Assembly (NCBI GenBank): GCA_039194325.1
Contig: JBCCWC010000005.1
Coordinates: 32,001 to 96,000 of the forward strand
Direction: 5' to 3'
DNA from: Myxococcota bacterium
Lineage (GTDB): Bacteria; Myxococcota_A; Polyangia; Nannocystales; Nannocystaceae
DNA length: 64,000 bases
Shown here in pieces: positions 32,476 through 40,680 of this stretch. Position numbers and translations under genes: made by a program. Under the pieces are notes generated by a model. That model saw only the letters and a list, made by a program, of their open reading frames with translations. It was not told the DNA's origin and did not search any database. Within the stretch, counting starts at the first letter, position 1. Each line of letters opens with the position of its first letter.

Positions 32476-33366
32476 TCAGCTCGCCGTGGAGAGCCGCGCG
32501 TGGATCCGCCGCCGCACGTAGGCCGCGACGTAGTGAGCCCCGGCCACCGTCAGGTGGATCCCATCGCGCGCGCGCACCTGGACCTTCTTCTTGCGCGGAG
32601 CCTCGCCGTCCTCGGGCACGAGGCGGATCCGGTCGGCGTACTCACCGTCCTCGCCGGCCAGCAACGACCAAATATCGATGAACTCGGCGTTGCGGCGGAT
32701 CGCCATCTCGGCCCGGAAGATCGTGTTGACCCGCTTGACGCGTTCACCCAGCGTGGGCGGCCGCATCATTGGCATGCCCACCCAAAAGATCTGCTGGAGG
32801 TCGGGGGCCACGATGTCGCTGAGGTTCACGACCCGTTGGGCATACTCTCGCGGCCACTGCTCGTCGGACCAGCGGATCCACCCGGCCCCGCGATTCTTGA
32901 TGCTCTGGGCGTCGTTGCCCCCAAACATAATCACGGTGGCGTCGAAGGGACGATCCCCGACCAGATCGCGAGCCCGTCGCTTCCAGTCGAAGAAGTCGGG
33001 GCGCGCGAGGCCGCTGCTGGTCTTGCCCTCGCGGGTGACGTCGTAGCCGTCCTCCTCGCCGAGCGCTCGGGCCAAGTAAAGGCCAAGGCCGCCGGCGATC
33101 ATGCTGTCACCGATCACCAAGATCCGCGTGCCCCCTCGCGGACCGTAGCGGTCGGCCCATGCGACGGCCGGCCATATCGCGATGCTCGAGCCCGCGACCC
33201 CGGCGAGCCATGAGCGTCGCGTGAAACCCGCGCTCGCGACTCCGCCGTCGACTCCGCCGTCGACTCCACTGCCGACTCCACCGCCGACTCCGATTTCGGC
33301 GAACTGGCGCTTTTTGCGCATTCTTCGTGCGACTCCCATGGCCACCATGGCTCGCCCGGACGGCAC
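32476..33366 (-). CDS. SGNH/GDSL hydrolase (DUF459-like) with Tat-like signal
   Basis: TRRSWL..PAVAWA; IGDSM, SSGLARPDFFDW, GGND, DGIH; start uncertain. Confidence 0.85.
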   Translation of the reverse strand: MPSGRAMVAMGVARRMRKKRQFAEIGVGGGVGSGVDGGVDGGVASAGFTRRSWLAGVAGSSIAIWPAVAWADRYGPRGGTRILVIGDSMIAGGLGLYLARALGEEDGYDVTREGKTSSGLARPDFFDWKRRARDLVGDRPFDATVIMFGGNDAQSIKNRGAGWIRWSDEQWPREYAQRVVNLSDIVAPDLQQIFWVGMPMMRPPTLGERVKRVNTIFRAEMAIRRNAEFIDIWSLLAGEDGEYADRIRLVPEDGEAPRKKKVQVRARDGIHLTVAGAHYVAAYVRRRIHARLSTAS

Positions 33367-33481
33367 GCGCCATGCCTGACCTTCATTTCGAGGCCTTGAA
33401 AGGTCCGCGTAGTCGCACTATGTAACGTTACGTGAGCTTTGGGGTGCGCACGACTCGCGACCCGAGCGACCAGAGGCCGAC

Positions 33482-33802
33482 ATGCTCGACGACCAGACGC
33501 GCGGATTCATCGACACGCTGGTGAAGAACAACCGGGTGATGCTGTTCATGAAGGGCAACCCGACCTTTCCGCAGTGCGGCTTCTCGGCGGCGGTGGTCGA
33601 GGTCCTCAAGAGGCACGGCACACCCTTCCACCACTTCAACGTGCTGTCGGACCAGGCGGTGCGCGAGGGGATCAAGGCATACGGCGACTGGCCCACGATC
33701 CCTCAGCTTTACGTGGGTGGCGAGTTCGTCGGAGGCTGCGACATCGTCCGCGAGATGGACGCCAACGGCGAGCTGACCTCGCTGCTGGCCGCCGAGCGCT
33801 GA
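33482..33802 (+). CDS. grxD: Monothiol glutaredoxin (Grx4)
   Basis: LFMKG..PQCGFS, WPTIPQLYV, GGCDI. Confidence 0.97.
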   Translation: MLDDQTRGFIDTLVKNNRVMLFMKGNPTFPQCGFSAAVVEVLKRHGTPFHHFNVLSDQAVREGIKAYGDWPTIPQLYVGGEFVGGCDIVREMDANGELTSLLAAER

Positions 33803-33830
33803 CCCGCCGGTGGTCGGCGGGCCCACACGG

Positions 33831-33855
33831 CCCTCGGGGAGTCGACTCCCGAGGG
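33831..33855. terminator. Hairpin between convergent genes
   Basis: CCCTCGGG(G)AGTC/GACTCCCGAGGG inverted repeat. Confidence 0.55.
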
Positions 33856-33909
33856 AACCGTCGCGCGTGTCCAGTATTCAGGTCATGGGCGCCGCTCGTG
33901 CCCGAGGGG

Positions 33910-34539
33910 CTACGAGCACGCGGCCGCGCAGCTCGTGCCGACGCAGTTGACGTAGCCCAAGAAGCCGTTGAGCGCGTCTGCGGTCTCGGCACAGTTCTCG
34001 TCGACGCACATCTGGAGCGCGGGCAAGGTCGCCGCTTCGCCACAGTTCGTGTTGATGCAGGCGTTGAGCTGCGTGCACGCGGTCGGCTCCATCACCGTCT
34101 CATCGCCGAAGCAGGCTTGCAGCTCCATGCAGCACATGGCCTCCGCGCACTCCCCACACATCGCGGTCGGGAACATCAGGTTCACGCCCAGACCGCACAT
34201 CGCCGGAGGAGCGCCCGACGACGACGACTCTTCCCCGCCCGAAGACGACGACTCGCCCACTTCCATCAGGCAGATCCCTTCGACGCATACCTCACCGGCC
34301 TCACACGGGGGATCACACATCGCCCCCGTGCTCGAGCTCTCGCCGCCGCCGGTGGTGGAGTCGGCCCCCGAGCCCGAGGTGGTCGGATCCGTGCCCGTGG
34401 TCGGGTTGGTGGTGGTGGTCGGATCCATGGTCGTGGGGTTGGCCATGGTGTCGCCATTGCTGTCGTCTCCGGGACAACCCGCAAGCGCGACGACCAGGCC
34501 CGTCAGGCCAATCCAGCTCGTAAACCTCGAAAACTCCAT
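33910..34539 (-). CDS. Cys-rich lipoprotein with Thr/Ser linker
   Basis: VALAGC lipobox; CDPPC..C; C-terminal domain with about 12 Cys. Confidence 0.8.
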   Translation of the reverse strand: MEFSRFTSWIGLTGLVVALAGCPGDDSNGDTMANPTTMDPTTTTNPTTGTDPTTSGSGADSTTGGGESSSTGAMCDPPCEAGEVCVEGICLMEVGESSSSGGEESSSSGAPPAMCGLGVNLMFPTAMCGECAEAMCCMELQACFGDETVMEPTACTQLNACINTNCGEAATLPALQMCVDENCAETADALNGFLGYVNCVGTSCAAACS

Positions 34540-34813
34540 GTTCTTCAATCTCCTTCGTCTCGCGCTGTCGTCCGTGACCACCGCCACAACGACCAAAAAC
34601 CGCGCAGTGCGGGCACGCTGCCACAAAGCCGGTCGGCGGGGCAAACCCTCGCGGCCCGCCAATTGGGCCCTACGACGCCGATCTGACCCCGTTTGGCGGG
34701 CCCTAGCGCGTATGGCGTAAACTGGCGTGGACTTTCTTCACGCGATGACGCCGGTCCCCAATGTGGCCGGCCCGCGACCAACCGGCAAGCAGACAAGAGG
34801 ACGAGGCAACACA

Positions 34814-35557
34814 ATGGATCGGCGACTCATCGGGCAATGGGCACTGGGGATGGCGTTCGGGGTCGCCACTGCGGCCGCCGCCTGCTCCCCCTCATCATCC
34901 TCGGGAGGTTGCGCCGACGACCTCGACTGCGCCCGCGGCGAGCAGTGCGACATGACGGCGCGCTCGTGCATGGCCACCGAGATCGACACCACCGCAACCG
35001 AGAACCCGGCCGAGGCCAGCTTCACCGACAAGGTGGTGCCCTTTCACCGCGGGCAGATCTGCCTGCCCATGGAGGTGCAGTCGGGCACGACGATGCCGGT
35101 GCTGATGCGCCCGTGCCTGCACCCGTGCCTCGAGGTGAGCTCGTTCGAGTTTCGCCACAACTTCTCGTGCGTGGGCAGCTCGTGCGACGCGGTGGCGCTG
35201 ATGTGGCTGGTGACCTCCTCGAGTGCGGCGGGCTGCGACGCCGATGCCTTCGGGCAGTTCGACGCCAGCCAGTGCGTCTACGACACCGAGGTGGAGTTCG
35301 GCCTGGCCACGGAGACGAGCAGCGGGCCGATCCGCGGGAACATGCGCCTGGAGGTTCCCTTCCTCACCAACGAGGACGCGGCCGCCATCGCCGGCAATCC
35401 CAGCGACACCGATCTGATCGACCGGCTGGTCCACCAGTACCCCGAGTCGGACGCCCGAGTTCCCGACGGCCGCACGGTCAGCATCCTGGGCAACCACCCC
35501 GAACCACCAGCGAGCTGCGCCGACGGGGCCTGCGAGTGCTTCCAGATCGGCTTTTGA
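34814..35557 (+). CDS. Cys-rich lipoprotein
   Basis: AAAAC lipobox; CADDLDCARGEQC; PCLHPC. Confidence 0.78.
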   Translation: MDRRLIGQWALGMAFGVATAAAACSPSSSSGGCADDLDCARGEQCDMTARSCMATEIDTTATENPAEASFTDKVVPFHRGQICLPMEVQSGTTMPVLMRPCLHPCLEVSSFEFRHNFSCVGSSCDAVALMWLVTSSSAAGCDADAFGQFDASQCVYDTEVEFGLATETSSGPIRGNMRLEVPFLTNEDAAAIAGNPSDTDLIDRLVHQYPESDARVPDGRTVSILGNHPEPPASCADGACECFQIGF

Positions 35558-35572
35558 GCACCCGCGCCTTCC

Positions 35573-36790
35573 GTGAATGAACCCAGCAACGACCAACCCC
35601 GCGTAGGGCTCGTACTCTCGGGCGGCGGCGCCCGAGGGGCCTACGAGGTGGGGGTGCTCCGCTATATCCGCGAGCGGATCAAGCGGCCGTGCCCTCTTCA
35701 TGCGATCACCGGCAGCAGCGTAGGGGCGATCAACGGCTCGTGGCTCGCGGCCACGATCAATCGCCCCCGGGCCCAGGTCCGCCCCCTGGCGCGGGTGTGG
35801 TCCGAGCTGAACCTGGATCGGATGTATCGGATCGGCTGGTCACAGGTGCGGCACCTGCCTCAGGTGCTCTTTGGCCGCCAGCTGCCCAAGACCAACCGCG
35901 TGGAGACGATCGGCGGCCTGGTGGACTCGGGCTACATCGAAGCGTTCGTGCGCGAACGGATCCCCTGGAAGGGCCTGCGCCACAACCTCAAGCAGGGTCA
36001 CCTCCAAGGCTTTGCGTGTAGCGCCACCGAGCTGGCCACGGGCAAGACCACGATCTTCGTGCAGACCCATGCCGGGCAGCTGCCGGTGTGGCCCGCCGAT
36101 CCCGGGCAGGAGGCGATCTACACCACGATCGGGGCCGCCCACACGCTGGCCTCGGCCGCGATCCCGGTGCTCTTCCCCGCGATCCGAGTAGGGGAGCGCT
36201 ACTTCGTGGACGGCAGCCTGCGCCAGAACACCCCGGTGCGACCCGCCATGCGCCTGGGCGCCAACCGCCTGCTGGTGATCGGCCTCAGCCATATGGGGGA
36301 CCGACAGGCGGCCAACGCTCGCGCTCGCGAGAAGGTCAAGACGATCTTCCCCAACGCGGTGTTCATGGCCGGCAAGGTCCTCGACGCCCTGTTCCTCGAC
36401 AAGCTCGAGGCGGACATGCGGCGGATCGAACGCACCAACCGGCTGATCGAGGCGGGCTCGCGCCTCTATGGCGAGGACTTCGGCCAGGCGATCGGGGCCG
36501 CGATCCCCGGGCGCAAGGGCCGGCCCTACGTGCCCATGAAGGTGCTGCTAATCCGCCCCAGCCAGAACCTGGGCGAGATCGCGTACGAGATCATTCGCAA
36601 GACCAACCTCTCGCGCTACAGCGGAGTGATGGCGCGATGGATCCGGCGCTCGATGACGGGCGAGCAGATGCCCGAGAACGATCTGGCCAGCTACGTGCTC
36701 TTCGACCCCGACTACATCCAGGCGCTGATGCACCTGGGCTACCACGACGCCGAGGCCCAGCACGCACAGATCGCCGAGCTGTTCGGCTGA
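35573..36790 (+). CDS. Patatin-like phospholipase
   Basis: SGGGARGAY, GSSVG, ASAAIP, VDGS. Confidence 0.93.
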   Translation: MNEPSNDQPRVGLVLSGGGARGAYEVGVLRYIRERIKRPCPLHAITGSSVGAINGSWLAATINRPRAQVRPLARVWSELNLDRMYRIGWSQVRHLPQVLFGRQLPKTNRVETIGGLVDSGYIEAFVRERIPWKGLRHNLKQGHLQGFACSATELATGKTTIFVQTHAGQLPVWPADPGQEAIYTTIGAAHTLASAAIPVLFPAIRVGERYFVDGSLRQNTPVRPAMRLGANRLLVIGLSHMGDRQAANARAREKVKTIFPNAVFMAGKVLDALFLDKLEADMRRIERTNRLIEAGSRLYGEDFGQAIGAAIPGRKGRPYVPMKVLLIRPSQNLGEIAYEIIRKTNLSRYSGVMARWIRRSMTGEQMPENDLASYVLFDPDYIQALMHLGYHDAEAQHAQIAELFG

Positions 36791-36841
36791 AGGTCGTGGG
36801 AGCTCCCGCGACCCGTCGCAACTCGACGCCCCGAGGATCCC

Positions 36842-38269
36842 ATGCCCACCGCTTCCTCGACCTCCTCCGGCGCCACGCTGGCTCGACCTGCCCACGTGCG
36901 ACCGCCCGGTCCGCCGCCGCGCCGCGGTGGCCTGCACTCGCTGGGCTATTTCTATCGCTTCGCCACCGATCCCTTCGGCTTCGTGGGCGAGCGCTTCGAA
37001 CGATACGGGGACATCTACTTTGCGCCGGCCGACGACACCGGGCTGTTCGTGCTGCGCCACCCCGACCATATTCGCGAGGTGCTGGCGCTGCGGGCCAACC
37101 GCTACCGCAAGCAGCACAGCGCGTTCGCTCGCCTGTCGCAGGTGCTGGGCCAGGGGCTGCTGACCGCCGATGGCGAGCCGTGGAAGCGACACCGCCGGAT
37201 GATCCAGCCCGCGTTCCACCGCCAGCGCCTCGCCGCCTACGCCGAGGTGATGGTCGACGAGACCGAGCGCACGATCGCGACCTGGCAAGAGGGCGAAGTC
37301 CGGGACATCGCGCGGGAGATGGTCGAGCTGACCCTGCGGGTGGTCAGCCGCACGCTATTTAGCCACGACGCCCGAGGGGAGACCGACGCGGTGGTCCACG
37401 CGATGGGCATGCTCAACAATACCCTCGGCCGCCCCTCCTTGCTGCCGGGCTGGGTGCCCAACCCCGCGCGTGCTCGCATGCGACGAGCCGTGCAGCAGCT
37501 CGACGACCTGGTGTATGGGCTCATCGACGAGCGGCGAGCCGCCATGGGAGCGGCTGTGGAGCGTGGCGCTCGCGATCTACCTCGCGATCTACCCCACGAC
37601 CTCCTGCAAGCGATGGTCGAGGCCGTAGACGAAGAGGGCGACCAGGGCTCGCTGTCGCGCCAAGAGGTACGGGACGAGCTGGTCACCTTGTTCCTGGCCG
37701 GCCACGAGACCACCTCGCACGCGCTCAGCTGGACCTTCTTGCTGCTGTCGCGCAACCCAGGCCAGCGAGCCCGGCTGCACGAAGAGCTCGACGCCGTGCT
37801 CGCGGGACGAGCCCCGACCTTCGACGACCTGGAGGCGCTTACCCTCACCGAGCGCGTCATGTACGAGTCGATGCGGCTGTACCCCCCCGCGTTCGTCCTG
37901 GCCCGACGAGCGATCGAAGACACCGAGGTGGGCGGCTACTTCGTGCCCGCGGGCAGCGAGGTGGTCGTGTGGACCTGGATGACGCACCGAGATCCCCGCT
38001 GGTACCCGGCCCCGCTGGTGTTTCGACCCGACCGCTTCGGGCCCGAGGCCCGGGCCGCCCGGCCCCGCATGGCCTACCTGCCCTTTGGTGGCGGTCCCCG
38101 GGCATGCATCGGCTCGATGTTCAGCCTGGTGGAATCGAGGCTGGTGCTCGCGACGATCGCCCGCCGCTTCGAGCTCGAGCTCTTGCCGGGAGCCCGGGTC
38201 AAGACCCGCCCGTCCATCACGCTCGCCCCGCGCCACGGCCTGCCCATGCGGCTGCGACGACGGGGCTGA
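36842..38269 (+). CDS. Cytochrome P450
   Basis: AGHETT, ESMR (ExxR), PDRF, FGGGPRACIG. Confidence 0.96.
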   Translation: MPTASSTSSGATLARPAHVRPPGPPPRRGGLHSLGYFYRFATDPFGFVGERFERYGDIYFAPADDTGLFVLRHPDHIREVLALRANRYRKQHSAFARLSQVLGQGLLTADGEPWKRHRRMIQPAFHRQRLAAYAEVMVDETERTIATWQEGEVRDIAREMVELTLRVVSRTLFSHDARGETDAVVHAMGMLNNTLGRPSLLPGWVPNPARARMRRAVQQLDDLVYGLIDERRAAMGAAVERGARDLPRDLPHDLLQAMVEAVDEEGDQGSLSRQEVRDELVTLFLAGHETTSHALSWTFLLLSRNPGQRARLHEELDAVLAGRAPTFDDLEALTLTERVMYESMRLYPPAFVLARRAIEDTEVGGYFVPAGSEVVVWTWMTHRDPRWYPAPLVFRPDRFGPEARAARPRMAYLPFGGGPRACIGSMFSLVESRLVLATIARRFELELLPGARVKTRPSITLAPRHGLPMRLRRRG

Positions 38270-38283
38270 GCGGCGGGGTCCTG

Positions 38284-38340
38284 AAAAGAAGATCAAAACG
38301 AACAAAAGTAAGTTTGTTTTGAATTAAATGTTGTTTTTGT
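38284..38340. promoter_or_regulatory. AT-rich island containing an 11-8-11 inverted repeat
   Basis: TCAAAACGAAC-AAAAGTAA-GTTTGTTTTGA (38293-38322, one mismatch). Confidence 0.55.
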
Positions 38341-38437
38341 GATAGGCTGCTTCAGGGCTTCGCGGACGAATTCCTGTCATGGGTGCGTTTTTGCGCATGC
38401 TTTACCGTCCATCAAGCCCCAGGGAGGTCTCGTTCCC

Positions 38438-39418
38438 ATGACGTACCGCTCGCTGCTCTGGCCGTCAAAACCGTCATGGTTGGCTTGGCTCCCGATGTTG
38501 ACCCTTGCCTGTGGCCCTTCGCTGTTTCCCCCGCCGCAAGAAGGGGCCGGGAGCTCCAGCGGGGGGACCGACGACGACGCGACGGTCGGCACCTCCTTGC
38601 CTTCGCCGGGCCCGTCGACCTCGACCACATTGCCCGCGACGACGAGCGCGACCGGCCTCGACACGGGCGACGAGTCTGAGGGCTCCGACTTCATCGAGCG
38701 GCCCGACGGGGGTCCGTGCTTTTCGTCCGCAGAGGGCTTTTGGCTGTGCTCGGAGTGCGACATAATTGCACAAGACTGCCCGCAAGGGGAGAAATGCATG
38801 CCGTGGGCCAACGACGGGGGCTCAGCATGGAACGCGACGCGCTGCTCTCCGATCGTGGGCGATCCCGACGCAGTCGGCGAACCCTGCACGGTGGAGGTCT
38901 CGCCGGTCTCGGGGTTCGACTCCTGCGACTTGGCGTCGATGTGCTGGGAGGTCGATCTCCAGACGCTCGAGGGCACCTGCGTCGCGATGTGCTCGGGCAG
39001 CCATCAAGAGCCCCAGTGCCCCTCGTCGACCACGTGCGTGATCGCCAACGACGGAGCGATCGCCGTCTGCCTGGACACCTGTAGCCCGCTGGCCGATGAT
39101 TGCGAGCCTTCTCAGCGGTGCCTTCCCATCAATGATGCGTTCACGTGCTACCCGGGCACCGGCGGTGAGGCGCTGGCCGGTGAGCCCTGCGAGTTCGTCA
39201 ACGCTTGCGAGACTGGCCTGGCGTGTCAGCCGTCGAACGCGGTGAGCGGACGCTGCGATCCGGGCGTTTTTGGTTGCTGCACGCCGTGGTGCGATCTCTT
39301 CGCGCCCGACCCGAGCGCCGGCTGCTTCGATCCGGCCCAGCAGTGCGTGCCATGGTGGGATTCTCCGGCTCCCGAAGGGTACGAAGACCTCGGTGTTTGT
39401 CGCCTTGTAGTCCCGTGA
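38438..39418 (+). CDS. Cys-rich lipoprotein (QDCPxGEKC family), tandem copy 1
   Basis: RBS GGAGG; LTLAC lipobox; QDCPQGEKCMPWANDGG. Confidence 0.87.
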   Translation: MTYRSLLWPSKPSWLAWLPMLTLACGPSLFPPPQEGAGSSSGGTDDDATVGTSLPSPGPSTSTTLPATTSATGLDTGDESEGSDFIERPDGGPCFSSAEGFWLCSECDIIAQDCPQGEKCMPWANDGGSAWNATRCSPIVGDPDAVGEPCTVEVSPVSGFDSCDLASMCWEVDLQTLEGTCVAMCSGSHQEPQCPSSTTCVIANDGAIAVCLDTCSPLADDCEPSQRCLPINDAFTCYPGTGGEALAGEPCEFVNACETGLACQPSNAVSGRCDPGVFGCCTPWCDLFAPDPSAGCFDPAQQCVPWWDSPAPEGYEDLGVCRLVVP

Positions 39419-39435
39419 CCACTCACTCGTGTTCG

Positions 39436-40428
39436 ATGAACGAGATCATGCGCGCGTCGAGATCAATGCTCCCCATCGTCCTGCTGTCGGCGGTCAGCCT
39501 CGCCTGCGGCCCTTCGATCCTGCTGCCTTCAGAAGAAGGAGGCGGAACCTCGAATGGCTCTACCGATGGCCCTGGCTCGGCGACCGACACCGGGTCGTCG
39601 CCTCCGGCTCCGGCCTCCACGGGCGCGCTGACCACGTCCACCACTGTGGTGACCACGACCGGCCTCGACACGGGAGGCGAGTCGACCGGCATTACGTTCA
39701 TCGGGCGACCCGACATCTCCTGCTTCACCGCCAACGGCTACTACACGTCGTGCTTCGAGTGCGGCGTTCTCGAACAAGACTGCCCCAACGGCGAGAAGTG
39801 CATGCCGTGGGCCAACGACGGGGGGATGCGGTGGAACTCGACGCGCTGCGTGCCGATCATTGAGCAACCCGACCAGCCAGGCGAACCCTGCATGGTGGAG
39901 GGCTCGCCCTTCATCGGGGTCGATTCGTGCGACCTCGGCTCGATGTGCTGGGGGGTCGACCTCGACACCAACGAGGGGACGTGCATCTCCATGTGCGCCG
40001 GAGACCCGTCGAATCCCATGTGTGAGCTGCCGGAGAATTCCTGCTTCCTCGACGAGGACCAGTCGCTCGCGCTGTGTCTGTCCGGCTGCAATCCTCTCGG
40101 GGACGATTGCGGCCCGTCGGGGCGGTGCGTTCCTACTGAGCAAGGCTTGGGATGCTTCCATGTCTGGAGCGCCGGAGCGGCGGCGGGACAGCCCTGCGAG
40201 TACCTCGATGAGTGTGGCCCGGGCCTGGCCTGCACAGCCCCAGACGCCGTGGCGCCCTCGTGTGATCCTGGTGCCTCCGGCTGCTGCACGCCGTGGTGCG
40301 ATCTCTCCGCGCCCGATCCCAGCGCCGCGTGCTTCGACCCGACCCAGCAGTGCACGTCGTGGTGGGACGGCGCCCCGGCCCCCGACGGGCTCGAAGATCT
40401 CGGGATCTGCCAGACCATCGCGCCGTGA
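39436..40428 (+). CDS. Cys-rich lipoprotein (QDCPxGEKC family), tandem copy 2
   Basis: VSLAC lipobox; QDCPNGEKCMPWANDGG. Confidence 0.87.
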   Translation: MNEIMRASRSMLPIVLLSAVSLACGPSILLPSEEGGGTSNGSTDGPGSATDTGSSPPAPASTGALTTSTTVVTTTGLDTGGESTGITFIGRPDISCFTANGYYTSCFECGVLEQDCPNGEKCMPWANDGGMRWNSTRCVPIIEQPDQPGEPCMVEGSPFIGVDSCDLGSMCWGVDLDTNEGTCISMCAGDPSNPMCELPENSCFLDEDQSLALCLSGCNPLGDDCGPSGRCVPTEQGLGCFHVWSAGAAAGQPCEYLDECGPGLACTAPDAVAPSCDPGASGCCTPWCDLSAPDPSAACFDPTQQCTSWWDGAPAPDGLEDLGICQTIAP

Positions 40429-40598
40429 GGGATCTTGGGACGCTCCCAAGCAGACCGGGCCAGGCACTGTCCCGAGCTCCGGACTCGATCCCCCCAAATT
40501 CGTCTCGATCGGGCCAATCTCGTCGAGCGGGGTAGGGAACGTCCCGCTTGAGCATCGCGATCTACTTGGAGAGCCGCCGCGCCCGGGTCTGTGGGCGC

Positions 40599-40661
40599 CG
40601 GACGATCCTTATCGGACGATCCTTATAAGGATCGCGAAGCCAAGGATAAGGATCGCGAAGC
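40599..40661. repeat. Nested direct and inverted repeats around a perfect 18-bp palindrome
   Basis: CGGACGATCCTTAT x2; CGATCCTTATAAGGATCG (40617-40634); ATAAGGATCGCGAAGC x2. Confidence 0.9.
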
Positions 40662-40680
40662 GGTTGGCCTCGGCCTGCCC

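Noticed and set aside
33410..33437. dif site
   Set aside because: Only loose similarity; the XerD arm consensus (TTATGTTAAAT-like) is not matched
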